From Diplonema japonicum (taxonomy: Eukaryota > Protista > Euglenozoa: Diplonemea): a stretch of 63,895 nucleotides of DNA. Both the position numbers and the translations under genes were made by a program. The notes beneath the pieces are model-generated. The model did not search any database and was not told the DNA's origin. It was given only the letters and a program-made list of their open reading frames with translations. This document shows positions 1-10,301 of the stretch, in pieces; position 1 is the stretch's first letter; each line of letters starts with the position of its first letter. The stretch covers positions 248,001 to 311,895 of the forward strand of contig OZ025711.1 in the NCBI GenBank assembly GCA_964019335.1, read 5' to 3'.

Positions 1-1386
1 CTTGATCACCCTGAAGCCTGATTTTGCATCAGTGACCGCCGCCCAGTTCCTGGGCTGCAGCACCTGGGTGGGTCTGCGGTTGACGTTCATTTCCGAAACC
101 TCTTTACCTGTCTTGCTGTACACGTCCTGCTGGTCGCCTTGTTCACCAGTGAGGAACGGATCTATCGCAAAATGCAGTTTCCAGATTCTGTCCTTATCCT
201 TCCCCAGCCTCGTCACCCACACCCTGCCAGCTGCTGCTGCCCTCTCAGGCACTTCTGCTCCGTAGCGCACACTTAGTGTAGTTGTTTCGTCGACGGCGAT
301 CTTACTGATGCCCATCTTGATGGGGTTCGAAATGCACCTTGTCAGCTGGAAATCGGGCTTCGAGGTGCTCTCCACGACACCGGTTACGGTCGCACCCTCC
401 CACGTCGGGGCCGCCACCACATTAGCACTCACAGTGGCAGTGTAGCTGCCATAGGTACCCGAGCCGACTGTGGTTGCGTGGATCGTAGTGATCTTAGCCG
501 ACAGAACAACAAGATCTGCACTGGCATCCACCTTGTCAACACCTTTTGCCTTGTGGAGGAGGCGTCTGGAGACAAGCTGCCCCACAGCACGCAACCCTAT
601 CGCCTCCGATACAGCAGGCGGCAGGTCCGCACCGACGTACCCAGCCTCACTGGGCTCCAAAGGAACTTCGAGTTTCACTAGGCCAGTGATGAGTGGCAGC
701 TGTTGGCAACCAGTGCGTGCAGTTGCAGGGTCGCCCCTCAGCCTAGCCCAGTACCTCCTGCGCAGCCTGTCAAAGAGGTATGCTATTCTCGCCTTGTCCC
801 CCGCACGCGACAGGAGACAAGATTTGATGTGCTGGGAATTGTGCACCTTGAGAAGCTTCCTGATCCACACCAGGAAGTCATGTGCTGCGGGAGACTCCTT
901 CAGAAGTCTCATACCTGTTATTTCCAATGATCGGAGTTCCAGCTTTAACTGCCCGGCCCCAGGCCCTTCCAAGGCCTTGTTCTCCTGCTCGATGATCTCA
1001 GGGTCGTTGGGGAGCTTGGGGTCAATTAGCTTCATGGGTTGCTCTTTTGCCTGTGGACGGAGGCTGGGGGACTTTGCTGTGAGGATGGGCGTCTCGAAGG
1101 CTTCGAATTCGGCAGCCATGGCCATGAAGCCGTCGTCGTTGGTTTCGGACACGTACGACTGGTTGCATGGATCGTGCGGGGCGATTGGCTTCAAATCATC
1201 ATCTTCATCTTCATCATCACCATCGGGCACGGAGCTATCATCTACCTCCTCAGCTTCGACGTCTTCGAACTGGTTGGCCTCAACACTAACTGTCTCCTCG
1301 CTCTCACCCTCACCCTGGGACACACTGTCGCTCTCATGGCCACCGAGGTAGCCCATGAGGTCAGGAGCACTCGACGCGTCTGACAT
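1..1386 (-). CDS. Hypothetical protein with acidic N-terminus, 3'-truncated by the window edge (at least 462 aa)
   Basis: Not in the ORF track because no stop lies in the window. Minus-strand ATG at 1386 is preceded by ACTTAACCTTTTTTTTCAG|TAAAT, an acceptor-like site. Reads MSDASSAPDLMGYLGGHESDSVSQGEGESEE...DGDDEDEDDDLKP... open to position 1. Confidence 0.8.
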   Translation of the reverse strand, partial: MSDASSAPDLMGYLGGHESDSVSQGEGESEETVSVEANQFEDVEAEEVDDSSVPDGDDEDEDDDLKPIAPHDPCNQSYVSETNDDGFMAMAAEFEAFETPILTAKSPSLRPQAKEQPMKLIDPKLPNDPEIIEQENKALEGPGAGQLKLELRSLEITGMRLLKESPAAHDFLVWIRKLLKVHNSQHIKSCLLSRAGDKARIAYLFDRLRRRYWARLRGDPATARTGCQQLPLITGLVKLEVPLEPSEAGYVGADLPPAVSEAIGLRAVGQLVSRRLLHKAKGVDKVDASADLVVLSAKITTIHATTVGSGTYGSYTATVSANVVAAPTWEGATVTGVVESTSKPDFQLTRCISNPIKMGISKIAVDETTTLSVRYGAEVPERAAAAGRVWVTRLGKDKDRIWKLHFAIDPFLTGEQGDQQDVYSKTGKEVSEMNVNRRPTQVLQPRNWAAVTDAKSGFRVIK

Positions 1387-1586
1387 ATTTACTGAAAAAA
1401 AAGGTTAAGTACGGTTCATATGCGTAAAAAAGAATCGGAACTGTTAGCATAATCTGGGCAACTATACTAATGCCCTGCAAACCCACGTATCAGTGTTTGC
1501 AGGGGGAGGGGAGGGGGGATGAAAAAAAGAAGGGAGACGTTTTTCGTTTTTCTTTTTCGGGACACGCACGGGTTTTGTTCGTCGTA

Positions 1587-2687
1587 TCATTTCCTCAAAG
1601 TTGGGAACCACCTCAGGGCGTTGGTGTAGTACACTTTCCTCAGAACGTATTCCGGAAGACCAAGCCCGCGGTACTCGCCGTTGACTTCGGGACACGACTG
1701 CGCCTCGTCCGTGGCGAGGAACATCCAGTCGGAGAACCATGTCTCGATGCACGTGTCCCTGATCTTCTTGGGGGTGTCGCCTTTGAAGAACATGAGGTCA
1801 GTGCCGTAGACAAGCTGGTCTTGATGCTTCATGAAAAACTCGCGAACGCGTTCCCTGTCCTCCTTTGCTTGGTACTGCAGGTGGCACATGCGGTGCGCAA
1901 AGTCGACGCTCATGTCACTGAACTCAGTTAAAGTCCTTGAGAGCACGTCTACGCTCCACTCCTGCGAACCAAGGTGGCACCCCATGAACTTCAGGCTGCC
2001 GTTCTTCCTCAACATGTTGTCACGGGCGTCGATCTGCGCCTGGTACGAAGGGTATTCCGGGTGCTTGAACATATGGTACTTGGCATTGGACGCAAAGTAC
2101 TCCTTGTCGTTGTTGACTGTCATCTCCTCGACGGGGAGCCAGCAGTTCTTTGGTTCTCCGCAGTGTCCCACAAGGGTGACACCCATGTCTGCCAGGAAGC
2201 GGAAGATGGGGTTGAAGAGATCATCGTCGATCATGATGAAGCTGCCGTCTGACTTCTTCTCCTCCATCCCGATGTTCTTCCACACCTTCACGCCTGTGGC
2301 ACCCTGCGCCAGATCGTTCTTGATGCCCTCGATGGTCCTCTCCACCCACCCGGGCTCTTGGAACCCCTCCATTGTGAACGTTGTGCACCAGTGCACGTTG
2401 TTCGTCTTCACAGCTTTCGCAAGCCTCCTCTGCTCCTCTACATACGGCCATTCATCAAGGGCGATGTCTGCGTTTATCGTCATTGTACCCTCGAACCCGC
2501 ACTCCGCAGCAGTCTTTCCAAAAGTGAGCCCCTCTACGTTATGATGCGTATGTGCGTCAAGCTTCTGGAACGCTACAAACCTCTCGTATTCCTTTGTCTT
2601 CATGCCCTGCGCCAACGAGGGCGCCGTGCCCAGGTGGCCCTCTAGCATGGCGAGCCTCCTCTTCGCACCAATGTCACAGCATGCCAT
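1587..2687 (-). CDS. Amidohydrolase (Amidohydro_2-type TIM barrel), bacterial-like
   Basis: Motifs KLDAHTH (HxH), GVKVWKNIGM, HCGEPKNCW, FMGCHLGS, LVYGTD and VYYTNA. First plausible ATG is at 2687 (MACCDIG); the track start at 2762 is TTG. Confidence 0.88.
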   Translation of the reverse strand: MACCDIGAKRRLAMLEGHLGTAPSLAQGMKTKEYERFVAFQKLDAHTHHNVEGLTFGKTAAECGFEGTMTINADIALDEWPYVEEQRRLAKAVKTNNVHWCTTFTMEGFQEPGWVERTIEGIKNDLAQGATGVKVWKNIGMEEKKSDGSFIMIDDDLFNPIFRFLADMGVTLVGHCGEPKNCWLPVEEMTVNNDKEYFASNAKYHMFKHPEYPSYQAQIDARDNMLRKNGSLKFMGCHLGSQEWSVDVLSRTLTEFSDMSVDFAHRMCHLQYQAKEDRERVREFFMKHQDQLVYGTDLMFFKGDTPKKIRDTCIETWFSDWMFLATDEAQSCPEVNGEYRGLGLPEYVLRKVYYTNALRWFPTLRK

Positions 2688-2821
2688 CTTCTTGTCGGTG
2701 ACCTTTGGGTGAAGGTTATAAGGTGAACGCAGCGAAACGTTACAATACATTAAACAGTACAATCTACCTATGTTCAGTTCCTTGGCCGCAAGGACCGGCG
2801 CCTCGTGGGCTTAGGTGTTGC

Positions 2822-3832
2822 CTATGTAAAAAAGAAGTGTGACAGCAAGAATAGAAATAAACATACAGGTGTACACGACGATCGTTTTCCCCTCACGTGC
2901 CCTAGTTTCTGCTGCCAAAATGTTCGTTGCTGCTCAGGCCGGCTCTGTTTCTGTTGCACGCCGAAAGGTGGAAAGCCTACAGGTATGTAATTAGGCCGTG
3001 CTGGTGCGGTAGCTCTTTTGCACGGACGGTCGTCAGACGGCTTGATATTCGGCTTGCTTTGAGATCGCCGTGTCCTGGTTGTAGCGGTGCGGAAGGCCGG
3101 CTCCATCCCTTGCATCCCTGAAGCAAGCCAGTTCCCCGGCGAGACGCCCCTTGGGGAGATTGAGCCAATGGAGCTCTTGCGCCTTGACCGCGGTGTGGAC
3201 ACGACTGGCTCGTACGACTGGCTAATGTTGTTCGGCATTGACATGTGCCGGCGGAAGGTGTCCTTGTAGGCAGGCATGTCAGTTCCAGTGATGACGTTCC
3301 GTGTACGACCTCGTTCACCAGAAGAGCTGCATCGTGGTGTGCTGCTGGCACGCGATCTCTCAACACTCGAATTGCTTCCTGCCGCCCACAAGAGCCACGG
3401 GGGGGTAGAAGCTGCGCTGGGCTGGTTGTTTTTAGGCACATGCCAGTTCGTTATCCATTTAGTCGTTCTGCGAGATGTGTTCACCTGCCGCTTGCTGTGT
3501 CCAGGTGAAGGCAGCAGCACACGGTCCAGTGCTGGCTCCGAACACAAACTGCTCGCCCTGCTCCTCGCCACAGAGCTTCCGACAGACCTAGGTGACAAGG
3601 CCGACCCGTCAGAAGAAGGCGACCTTGCGCTGGTAATAAGCGGTGCCAGATTCTTCCCCAACGAGCCCCTGCGGATCTCTACGTACTTCAGCCTGCTCTC
3701 CCTCAGTGTGCTGTGCCCCCCTGGGGCATCTGGCATGAATGGGTTGAAGGTAGGAGCAGGAGACCAAACCCTCCGGCCTCTGTCGGAGGATAAAGAACTG
3801 CATCTGCTCCCTCCAGTGTAATCATAAGACAT
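2822..3832 (-). CDS. Ser/Arg/Pro-rich disordered hypothetical protein (~336 aa)
   Basis: ATG at 3832 (MSYDYTGG) follows a U-tract and CAG|GA. The upstream part of the track ORF overlaps RRP40 and is probably not coding. Confidence 0.7.
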   Translation of the reverse strand: MSYDYTGGSRCSSLSSDRGRRVWSPAPTFNPFMPDAPGGHSTLRESRLKYVEIRRGSLGKNLAPLITSARSPSSDGSALSPRSVGSSVARSRASSLCSEPALDRVLLPSPGHSKRQVNTSRRTTKWITNWHVPKNNQPSAASTPPWLLWAAGSNSSVERSRASSTPRCSSSGERGRTRNVITGTDMPAYKDTFRRHMSMPNNISQSYEPVVSTPRSRRKSSIGSISPRGVSPGNWLASGMQGMEPAFRTATTRTRRSQSKPNIKPSDDRPCKRATAPARPNYIPVGFPPFGVQQKQSRPEQQRTFWQQKLGHVRGKRSSCTPVCLFLFLLSHFFFT

Positions 3833-3920
3833 TCCTGTGGCTGTGGTGGTGGAGGGCAAAGTGACAAATACACGAGAGAAAAAAAAAAATATGACAGCAC
3901 TTGATATATTAATAAGTAAA

Positions 3921-4706
3921 TCACACGTCTTCCTCTGATTCGGCTTTGGGCCGTGTCTTGGCAATGGGGAAGAAATCGTCGAGGATCTCGTCGATGGTCT
4001 GCAGGGCCTCCCCATCCGGAAGGGTGTTGCGTTGGAGCTCGGTGATGCAGCGGGCAAGGAGCTGTGTGGTGGTGGTGGTCCTCCCGCGAAGCCAGACGCG
4101 ACCGTTCACGCCAATGCAACACTCAAAGGCTACACGTTCGCCTAGTTTTGTGAGGAGCTGGTTTGTGTCTGCAAGAAGGTGCCTTGCGAAGATAGGTCGT
4201 ATGTTGTGCACGTACCCCCCCTTGAGCTCCCCGAAGAGGGACTCACCCGTCACCCAATCTTTTTTGACGCCAGTGACACTGCAGCAGCTGGCTTCCATTT
4301 CGATTTCAGACCGTGCCTGCACCATCCTGGCATATACGGTGGACCCGATCTTGAGGTCGGGTTTGATCCTTTTGCTTGCGCCGTCGAAGGACTCTGCCCC
4401 GAGCTTGACCATATCACCTGCACCGGCATCAAGGTAGTACGACCCGGTGTACGAGGACCCCTTCGCCACAATGCCTATCACGATGTCCTCGTTCCTAGGG
4501 ATGTATGCCTTCTCGTCGCCGATCACCAAATGCTTCTCATTGTGCTCGTCGTACTGCCCACATCGTATCGCTGTTATCTTTGTCAGGTCCTGGCGCAGCC
4601 CCCGCCCCACTGACACCACTGCCCCCGGCCTCAGTTTGATGACAACATCCCCTGGCATGGCCCACTCGCGCTTTCGCTTCTTTACCTCCACAAGTTCGTG
4701 GCTCAT
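3921..4706 (-). CDS. RRP40: RNA exosome cap subunit RRP40 (S1 + KH)
   Basis: MPGD N-terminus, YIPRNEDIVIGIV, SFDGASKRIKPDLKIGSTVYAR, FGELKGG and IGVNGRVW match RRP40/EXOSC3 signatures. ATG at 4706. Confidence 0.92.
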   Translation of the reverse strand: MSHELVEVKKRKREWAMPGDVVIKLRPGAVVSVGRGLRQDLTKITAIRCGQYDEHNEKHLVIGDEKAYIPRNEDIVIGIVAKGSSYTGSYYLDAGAGDMVKLGAESFDGASKRIKPDLKIGSTVYARMVQARSEIEMEASCCSVTGVKKDWVTGESLFGELKGGYVHNIRPIFARHLLADTNQLLTKLGERVAFECCIGVNGRVWLRGRTTTTTQLLARCITELQRNTLPDGEALQTIDEILDDFFPIAKTRPKAESEEDV

Positions 4707-5704
4707 TTTCTTTTTCTTTTTTCTCGTTTCCTTTTTGTTTTTTTGTCCCCTCCCCACTGGAAACTTTTAGACAAAAATCTTGTTGTTAAATCTGGTAAAG
4801 TTCGAATGAGGGGAGGGGGGGTGTTTTCGCGGTTTTTTTTCTTGGCTGTTTATGCAAAGCCGGGAAAGGGGCTTGAACCCCCCCACTCAACGTTTATCGC
4901 AAAAATTTTAATTAATGCCGCATTTTTTAAAAGAAGAATAGTTCGGGTTTACAGTAGTTCAGGGGAGGGAATAAAAAAGATAAAGAGAGAGAAAGGAATT
5001 TTTTATTTCTTTTTTTCCAACCCGGAGGGGGATTTATCCATTTATCCATTCTCCTGCGTTTCCGACGAAAAATGTGTGATGGCTAGTGTTCTCCCCTCCT
5101 CTTTTTCTTTTTTTTTTTCTCTTTTCTTCTTCTTCTTGGCCCGCAAAAAAAGAAATTAATAATAAATAATTCCCGTACGTTTAGTGATAAAGACACAAGA
5201 GAAACTGGTAGTTGTTTGGACGTGCCGAGTAGAACAGCGGAACAGCACGAAACACGTTTGCCAAAGCTTCCCACTTGACTCGGTCTTGCAATGAAGGGGA
5301 GAAGGAAAGGAGAGGAAGTAATGAAAGATATCCGAAAGAAAGGAAGAAGAAATAAAGGAGAGCTAAGGAAAAATCACTTAACAAGAAGAAGCTGTGTTTT
5401 TGCAGAAAGAATATAAAAAAAAGAGAATAACTACAAACACGGCAACTAAATGAAAATTTTCCACCGTTCAAGCCAACCCGAATTTCATTTTTCCACCAAA
5501 CACGGAAACCCAATTTCGTTTTTCGACCAAAAATGATACCCTAATTTCGATTTCCACCAAACACGGAACCTTTCGCATTTTCGTTTTTGACTATTTGGCG
5601 AAATATAGAACGCACTACAACAATAGGAATAAATGATTAGGCAAAAGGAAAAAAAAGGGGGGGGGATGACTCTACACTATGACACTACGATAGCTGGGTC
5701 TGCT

Positions 5705-6338
5705 TCAGCTCAGAAGAGCACTTCTAGGGGTCTGCGGCTGTGACGCAGCAGTTGAGTGGTGGGGGTTCTTGCAAGAACGGGCAGTGTGCCCCACTTTCTT
5801 GCAGTTGCCGCAGGTGTGTCTCCTCTCCTTCGCTCAGTTTCCTCTTATCCCCCAACGAGGGTCTCCCCGTAAACCCGTTACAGTTACAACGGGGGGCTTG
5901 AAGTTATCTTCACACAGGACCCTGACAGAAGGCGGGCGGGTGGAGAAATACATTAAACGCCAAGCGGCGACCCGCAAACACTTGGGAAGGAGATCCAAGT
6001 GGTTCTTGTGCCCCGCGGGCCACAGCACAAATGTGGACGCAGGGTGTTATCAACACATCCAACCCTGCACACTCAACCCCCCCTGGGCACCACTCAGAGA
6101 AAGAGACTGTGGCCCTTTGAGCAGAACCCAAGGCCCACCTACGTTGTGTGCTTGCCACTTTCGAAACTGGGCTTGCGACATTCTTGGTGGAGACAGCGGC
6201 GCAAATCCGGTTGTTTTTTCTGACGCTCTGCTTGGCTCTGCGAAACCCAAACAGGGCCACCGCCGTCCCCACAATTGTGGCGAAAACGGCGTCCTTGGCC
6301 AGGGGGTCAGTTAGAACGCCGTGCAAGGTGGGAAACAT
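5705..6338 (-). pseudogene. Decayed MULE transposase C-terminus (SWIM finger + CCHC knuckle)
   Basis: VECAGLDVLITPCVHICAVA (SWIM-like), then a frameshift to LLPKCLRVAAWRLMY...KPPVV, an in-frame TGA, then RRHTCGNCKKVGHTARSC (C-x2-C-x4-H-x4-C). Confidence 0.75.
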
Positions 6339-6339
6339 T

Positions 6340-6602
6340 TTCGAGGTTACCGTGGATGGTGGAAATTAATTTTCGAGGTCCGTGGATGATGGAAATAAAT
6401 TTTCAAGGTTACCGTGGATGGTGGGAAATAATTTTCGAGGTTACCGTGGATGGTGGAAATATGCCGCCAAGTTGCCGTGGTTGGTGCATTTCAAAAGTGG
6501 TTACCGTGGATGGTGAACAAAATATTTTGAAAACGTGTTTGGTGGATATGAAATTGCAAGTTTCCGTGAGCAATAGAGAAATATATTCGAGTTACCGTGG
6601 AC
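6340..6602. repeat. ~30-bp degenerate tandem repeats (GAGGTTACCGTGGATGGTGGAAA), right subterminal repeats of the MULE
   Basis: About 8 degenerate units. Their reverse complement ATTTCCACCATCCACGGTAACC matches ATTTCCACCAAACACGGAACC at about 5480-5570. Confidence 0.85.
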
Positions 6603-6671
6603 AAAGGGCAAAGAACAAGTTACAGAGTTTGTTGGAAAATCCAAATTCGCTTGTCGTGTTTGTAGTTTTTC

Positions 6672-6709
<38 letters not shown>

Positions 6710-6754
6710 ATTCTTTTAAGGTATGCGTTTTTGCGCTCACCGGCCGCGCTGCGC

Positions 6755-7615
6755 TTAGTCCCCGTTGTCCCCGTTCTGGGGGCTCTGGCGGGTTCCTACT
6801 GCGGTGGTCATGCTGCGGGGCAGCCTTGTCGGTGTCTGCGACAGGTACCTGTCCCGCAAGCCTTCGATGCTACTCATGGTTCGTTCCGGGAGTACTGGCC
6901 TCCTGTCATACCCGTGTGTGGTCGGTCCTCCGATACAGCGTAGGGAGTTGACGCGCTCCACTCGCGCCGCTGGGAACGCTACCCCTCTGCCATCAGCGTG
7001 GTACAGGTCCTGGACTCGTCTCAGCACATACCGTAGCCTCCTTGCCTTGACGCCCAGGTCCTCCACCTTGCCCACTTCCCCGCCGTCGTCCAGCGGCAGC
7101 TCCATCTCCCGCTCGAAGTCGAGGGCCAGCTCTAACGTCGTCACCGCCGTGTGCCGACCAGGCGCGTCATCCCACAGCAGGCCTCCCAACCACCTCAGCA
7201 CCGGCCTCAGCAGCTTGTCCATCACTGTTCCTGACGCCCCCAGCCTTCGTAGTTCAGACACCGTCGGCGTCGGGTGCGCCCTCCCCGTCACGACCGCCCG
7301 CCACGGGTAAGCTTGTGTCTGCAGTGCGCGGTTCGCTTCCACCGCTGCATCCCTCCGCGTGACTACCTCCAGCAGGTACTTCTGCACCAGTAAGGCCCTT
7401 GGCTTGTCTTGGCAGCCTCTGGGCACCACCCCATGGAGCCTCGTCGCCTTCGGCATAGCTGCCGGGTCCAGGTTCGCGTACTCCATCTTGCTCCGCACCG
7501 CGACACCCGGCTCGCATCGCCAGAGGGCGTGCTCCAGCACCTCCGTGTAGCTGCCGAACCGTTCCTCACACACGTCGCAGAGGTGCTGCAGCGGGTTGTT
7601 CGGTTCCTGCGCCAC
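6755..7615 (-). pseudogene. GC-rich, 5'-truncated ORF with a C2HC-like zinc finger; probable retroelement-derived fragment
   Basis: GTG start directly after a poly(T) tract. CDVCEERFGSYTEVLEHALWRC; the VTTLELALDFERE motif is reminiscent of C-terminal regions of protist non-LTR ORFs (from recall). First ATG is at 7486. Confidence 0.4.
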
Positions 7616-8055
7616 GCCCCGCGCTCCCGGGAAAAAAAAAAAAAAAGAACGAAAAAAGAAGAAAGAAGAAAAAGAAATGCGGCAACCCCTGCAGGCACCT
7701 TCTTGATTAGTAACCTACCGATCAAGAGAAGAAAGAAAGCAATACAAAAGAAGGGAAACAAAACAAAAAAAAAAAAAAAACTTACATGCAAAAGGAAGTG
7801 CGTGTACCCTCCCCCCACCCTTGAGACGGAGCACTGATGTAACAGTGTTGAGAAAATCTTATTTATCTGGTATTCCAACTTCCGACCCAAAAAGCAAGGC
7901 GGCTGCTCCTAAACAAAAATAAGACTCAAAACTCAAGTACAAACCCCCAGCTAGAGAGCCGCCTTAAATAAATAACAAAGCAATCCTTTTGAACCCCTTA
8001 TTAACGGTTCTTCCCCACTCTCCAATCCTTTCTCTCTTTTTTCTTCCGGTGCCAT

Positions 8056-10206
8056 TTAGTTCGTAAAGGGTCCGTGCTTTGGCTGGAAGATGGTGTACTC
8101 ATCGAACAGGCTCCCGTTGCTATTCAAGAACTGCCGGAAGGTGAGGTGGGTGTGGTTGTGGGCGGTGATGTGCCCGAAGCCAAACTCGGTAGTCTGCTTG
8201 CGGGTTGCGGGGATGGACTCACAGTCAGGTCCGGGACAGTCTTCGTTGAAGGTGTCGATGCCAGGAGGCCCACCGTTACCTGTGGTGATGTGGACAGTGA
8301 CGTTGGGGGTGCTGAAGTCCTTCTGCGTAGGCTGCGCACATGCTTTGCACGAATCAGGACCCTGCTGGGCAGGCCACAGCGACTCGTAGTAGTGCCAATG
8401 CCCGCCCATGTACAGGTCCACTCCGAACTGGTTGAAAATAGGAACGAAGTCGTCTATCATGGCGTCAGTCCCGCCCAGGTCGTGCTTTGCCGTCAGGTTT
8501 GGCTGCTTGAACCCAAGGTCGCGCAGCATTTTCATGTGAGCAGGCGACTTCCCCCAAGCGTGCGCCTCGGTCTTGTTCGCGTTGCCGTGTCTCTCAGCAT
8601 CATCAGAAACATAGTAGTCAGGGATGGGCTTGTTGCACCCTGTGCAGTACACAGGAAAGTGGGAGAACACCAAGATCCACGGTACCTTCTCCCTGTTGGC
8701 TTCAGCAGCTGCAAGGTCCTTCTTCAACCATACCAGCTGCTCTTGCAGGCACTGCTCTCCGCACGGGTCGCAGCCGTAGTACACGTTCAGGTCAAGTGCG
8801 ACGAGATGCACCAATCCAAAGTCAACACTGAAGTAGCGAGAAGTGCCCGACGGTGTGGCCCCGTGGGTCCCAGCGCCGTGGTGGTTGCCAGTTGACAGGA
8901 GGTACCCCAGAGAAGAGGTGGCGCTTGATTTCCCGTCGTACTTAGACAGGTCCTTCTCAGAGATGTTCTCGTCGGTGATGGGGAGAGGGCCCCACTTCTC
9001 CCATGTGCTGTCCCTGTACCTGTTTAGCTGGGGTTCCTCAAAGATCTCGTGGTTGCCCACACTAGGCATCCAGGCACACTTCGTGAGAGCAGGCTGAAAA
9101 CCATTCATGTACCCATCAGCCCTGCGCTCATCGCCCTCGCCCTCATCGTAGGCGTGGTCCCCCATGTGCACGAAGAGCTCCATGTCACCAGACAGACAGC
9201 CCGCCTCCAGCCACTCCATAGCGTTCCATTTGTAGATGCCGAGGTCGCCATAGATCGCGAACTTCGTAGGGGCACCCTCTTTCCACGAGTTGGGGGCAAC
9301 GAACTTGTTAGGGCTGCTCCACGCTGCCTGTGCACCGCCACCTTTGACAACGTAGGTGTAGGTGGTACCTGGTACCAAAGAGTGAACCACAACGAAGTGC
9401 ATGTAGTAGTTCCTGCCGGACGGACTCTTGTGCACATGGGTCACACCCGTAAAGGTGCGGTTATTAGCCACAGTGGTAGGAGGTGCTTTCGGTGCAGCCG
9501 ACTCAAAAGTGATCCAAGACACAACTACTGTGCCGTTTTCTGCAAGCTGCATGTTGATCTGCTCAGGGACACCCTCCTTGCTGACGCAGTAGTCCCAAAC
9601 CTTGGGAGGGGGTGTAGGTGCAGGGGGTACAGGCTGTGCGCCGTTGTGGTACGTCGTGTAATCGGAATGCGGAACCTTGTTCTGGCACCATTCAGCAAGG
9701 TAGCAAAAGCCACCGTGGCCCCAGCTGACAAAGTCACAGTTAGTGAGGTTATGCTGGCACAGCAGCTCGCACTCCTGTAGTGTAGTCTGCAAGTTGTAGG
9801 TAAGAGACCCCGTGAGGCCAGGCTGTGTGTCGTAGTGGAAGCCAGGAGGGGGTGTCGTTCCGAATTGCTTCGAAGTGGTTTCACACCTGAAAGCACCAAG
9901 GTTGTCCCAGCTGGCGGGAGGAGGAACCTTGTACTCCTCCCTTACCTCCTTGACCTCCTCGTCAGGTTTGCAGTAGCACCAGCTGCCATAGATGTAATCG
10001 TTCACGATGGCTCCCGGCTGCGCACAGTGGTTCTGCGCATTGCTCGGCACCTTCCCGTTCTTCCAGATGGACGGGTCGTGGTTGGACCAGTCGTCGCAGC
10101 CATTCTTGCAAACTGCGGTGTTCGGGAGCCTGTACTCCTCAATCACATCGATCATGTTGCAAGCACCGTGAAGTGCCAGCAACGGGAACAAGTATTGCGC
10201 TCTCAT
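8056..10206 (-). CDS. Secreted purple acid phosphatase with Cys-rich N-terminal extension (716 aa)
   Basis: Signal peptide. All five PAP metal-ligand blocks are present: GDLG, GDHAY, GNHE, FSH, GHWH. FN3-like PAP N-domain (VPEQI...VSWIT...HFVVV..LVPGTTYTY) and C-terminal FGFGHITAHNHTHL. Confidence 0.93.
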   Translation of the reverse strand: MRAQYLFPLLALHGACNMIDVIEEYRLPNTAVCKNGCDDWSNHDPSIWKNGKVPSNAQNHCAQPGAIVNDYIYGSWCYCKPDEEVKEVREEYKVPPPASWDNLGAFRCETTSKQFGTTPPPGFHYDTQPGLTGSLTYNLQTTLQECELLCQHNLTNCDFVSWGHGGFCYLAEWCQNKVPHSDYTTYHNGAQPVPPAPTPPPKVWDYCVSKEGVPEQINMQLAENGTVVVSWITFESAAPKAPPTTVANNRTFTGVTHVHKSPSGRNYYMHFVVVHSLVPGTTYTYVVKGGGAQAAWSSPNKFVAPNSWKEGAPTKFAIYGDLGIYKWNAMEWLEAGCLSGDMELFVHMGDHAYDEGEGDERRADGYMNGFQPALTKCAWMPSVGNHEIFEEPQLNRYRDSTWEKWGPLPITDENISEKDLSKYDGKSSATSSLGYLLSTGNHHGAGTHGATPSGTSRYFSVDFGLVHLVALDLNVYYGCDPCGEQCLQEQLVWLKKDLAAAEANREKVPWILVFSHFPVYCTGCNKPIPDYYVSDDAERHGNANKTEAHAWGKSPAHMKMLRDLGFKQPNLTAKHDLGGTDAMIDDFVPIFNQFGVDLYMGGHWHYYESLWPAQQGPDSCKACAQPTQKDFSTPNVTVHITTGNGGPPGIDTFNEDCPGPDCESIPATRKQTTEFGFGHITAHNHTHLTFRQFLNSNGSLFDEYTIFQPKHGPFTN

Positions 10207-10301
10207 GGTAGGCCTGAGTGAGAATTAAGAGTGGTACACAATGCTGAGTATTCAACAGGTATGAATTAAATAACAGTTTTACAGGTACATAACAATGACA
10301 T

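Larger units (their letters stand above)
5423..6673 (-). mobile_element. Non-autonomous, internally deleted Mutator-like element (MULE), 1251 bp
   Basis: Imperfect TIRs: GAGAATAACTACAAACACGGCAA at 5423 versus GAGAAAAACTACAAACACGACAA on the reverse complement ending at 6673. 9-bp TSD TAAAAAAAA at 5414-5422 and 6674-6682. Inverted subterminal repeats and an internal transposase C-terminal remnant. Confidence 0.88.

Noticed and set aside
470-1351. 293-aa plus-strand ORF
   Set aside because: Shadow of the minus-strand CDS starting at 1386.
6340-6602. CRISPR-like ~30-bp repeats
   Set aside because: No unique spacers or cas genes. The repeats are degenerate and are explained as MULE subterminal repeats.
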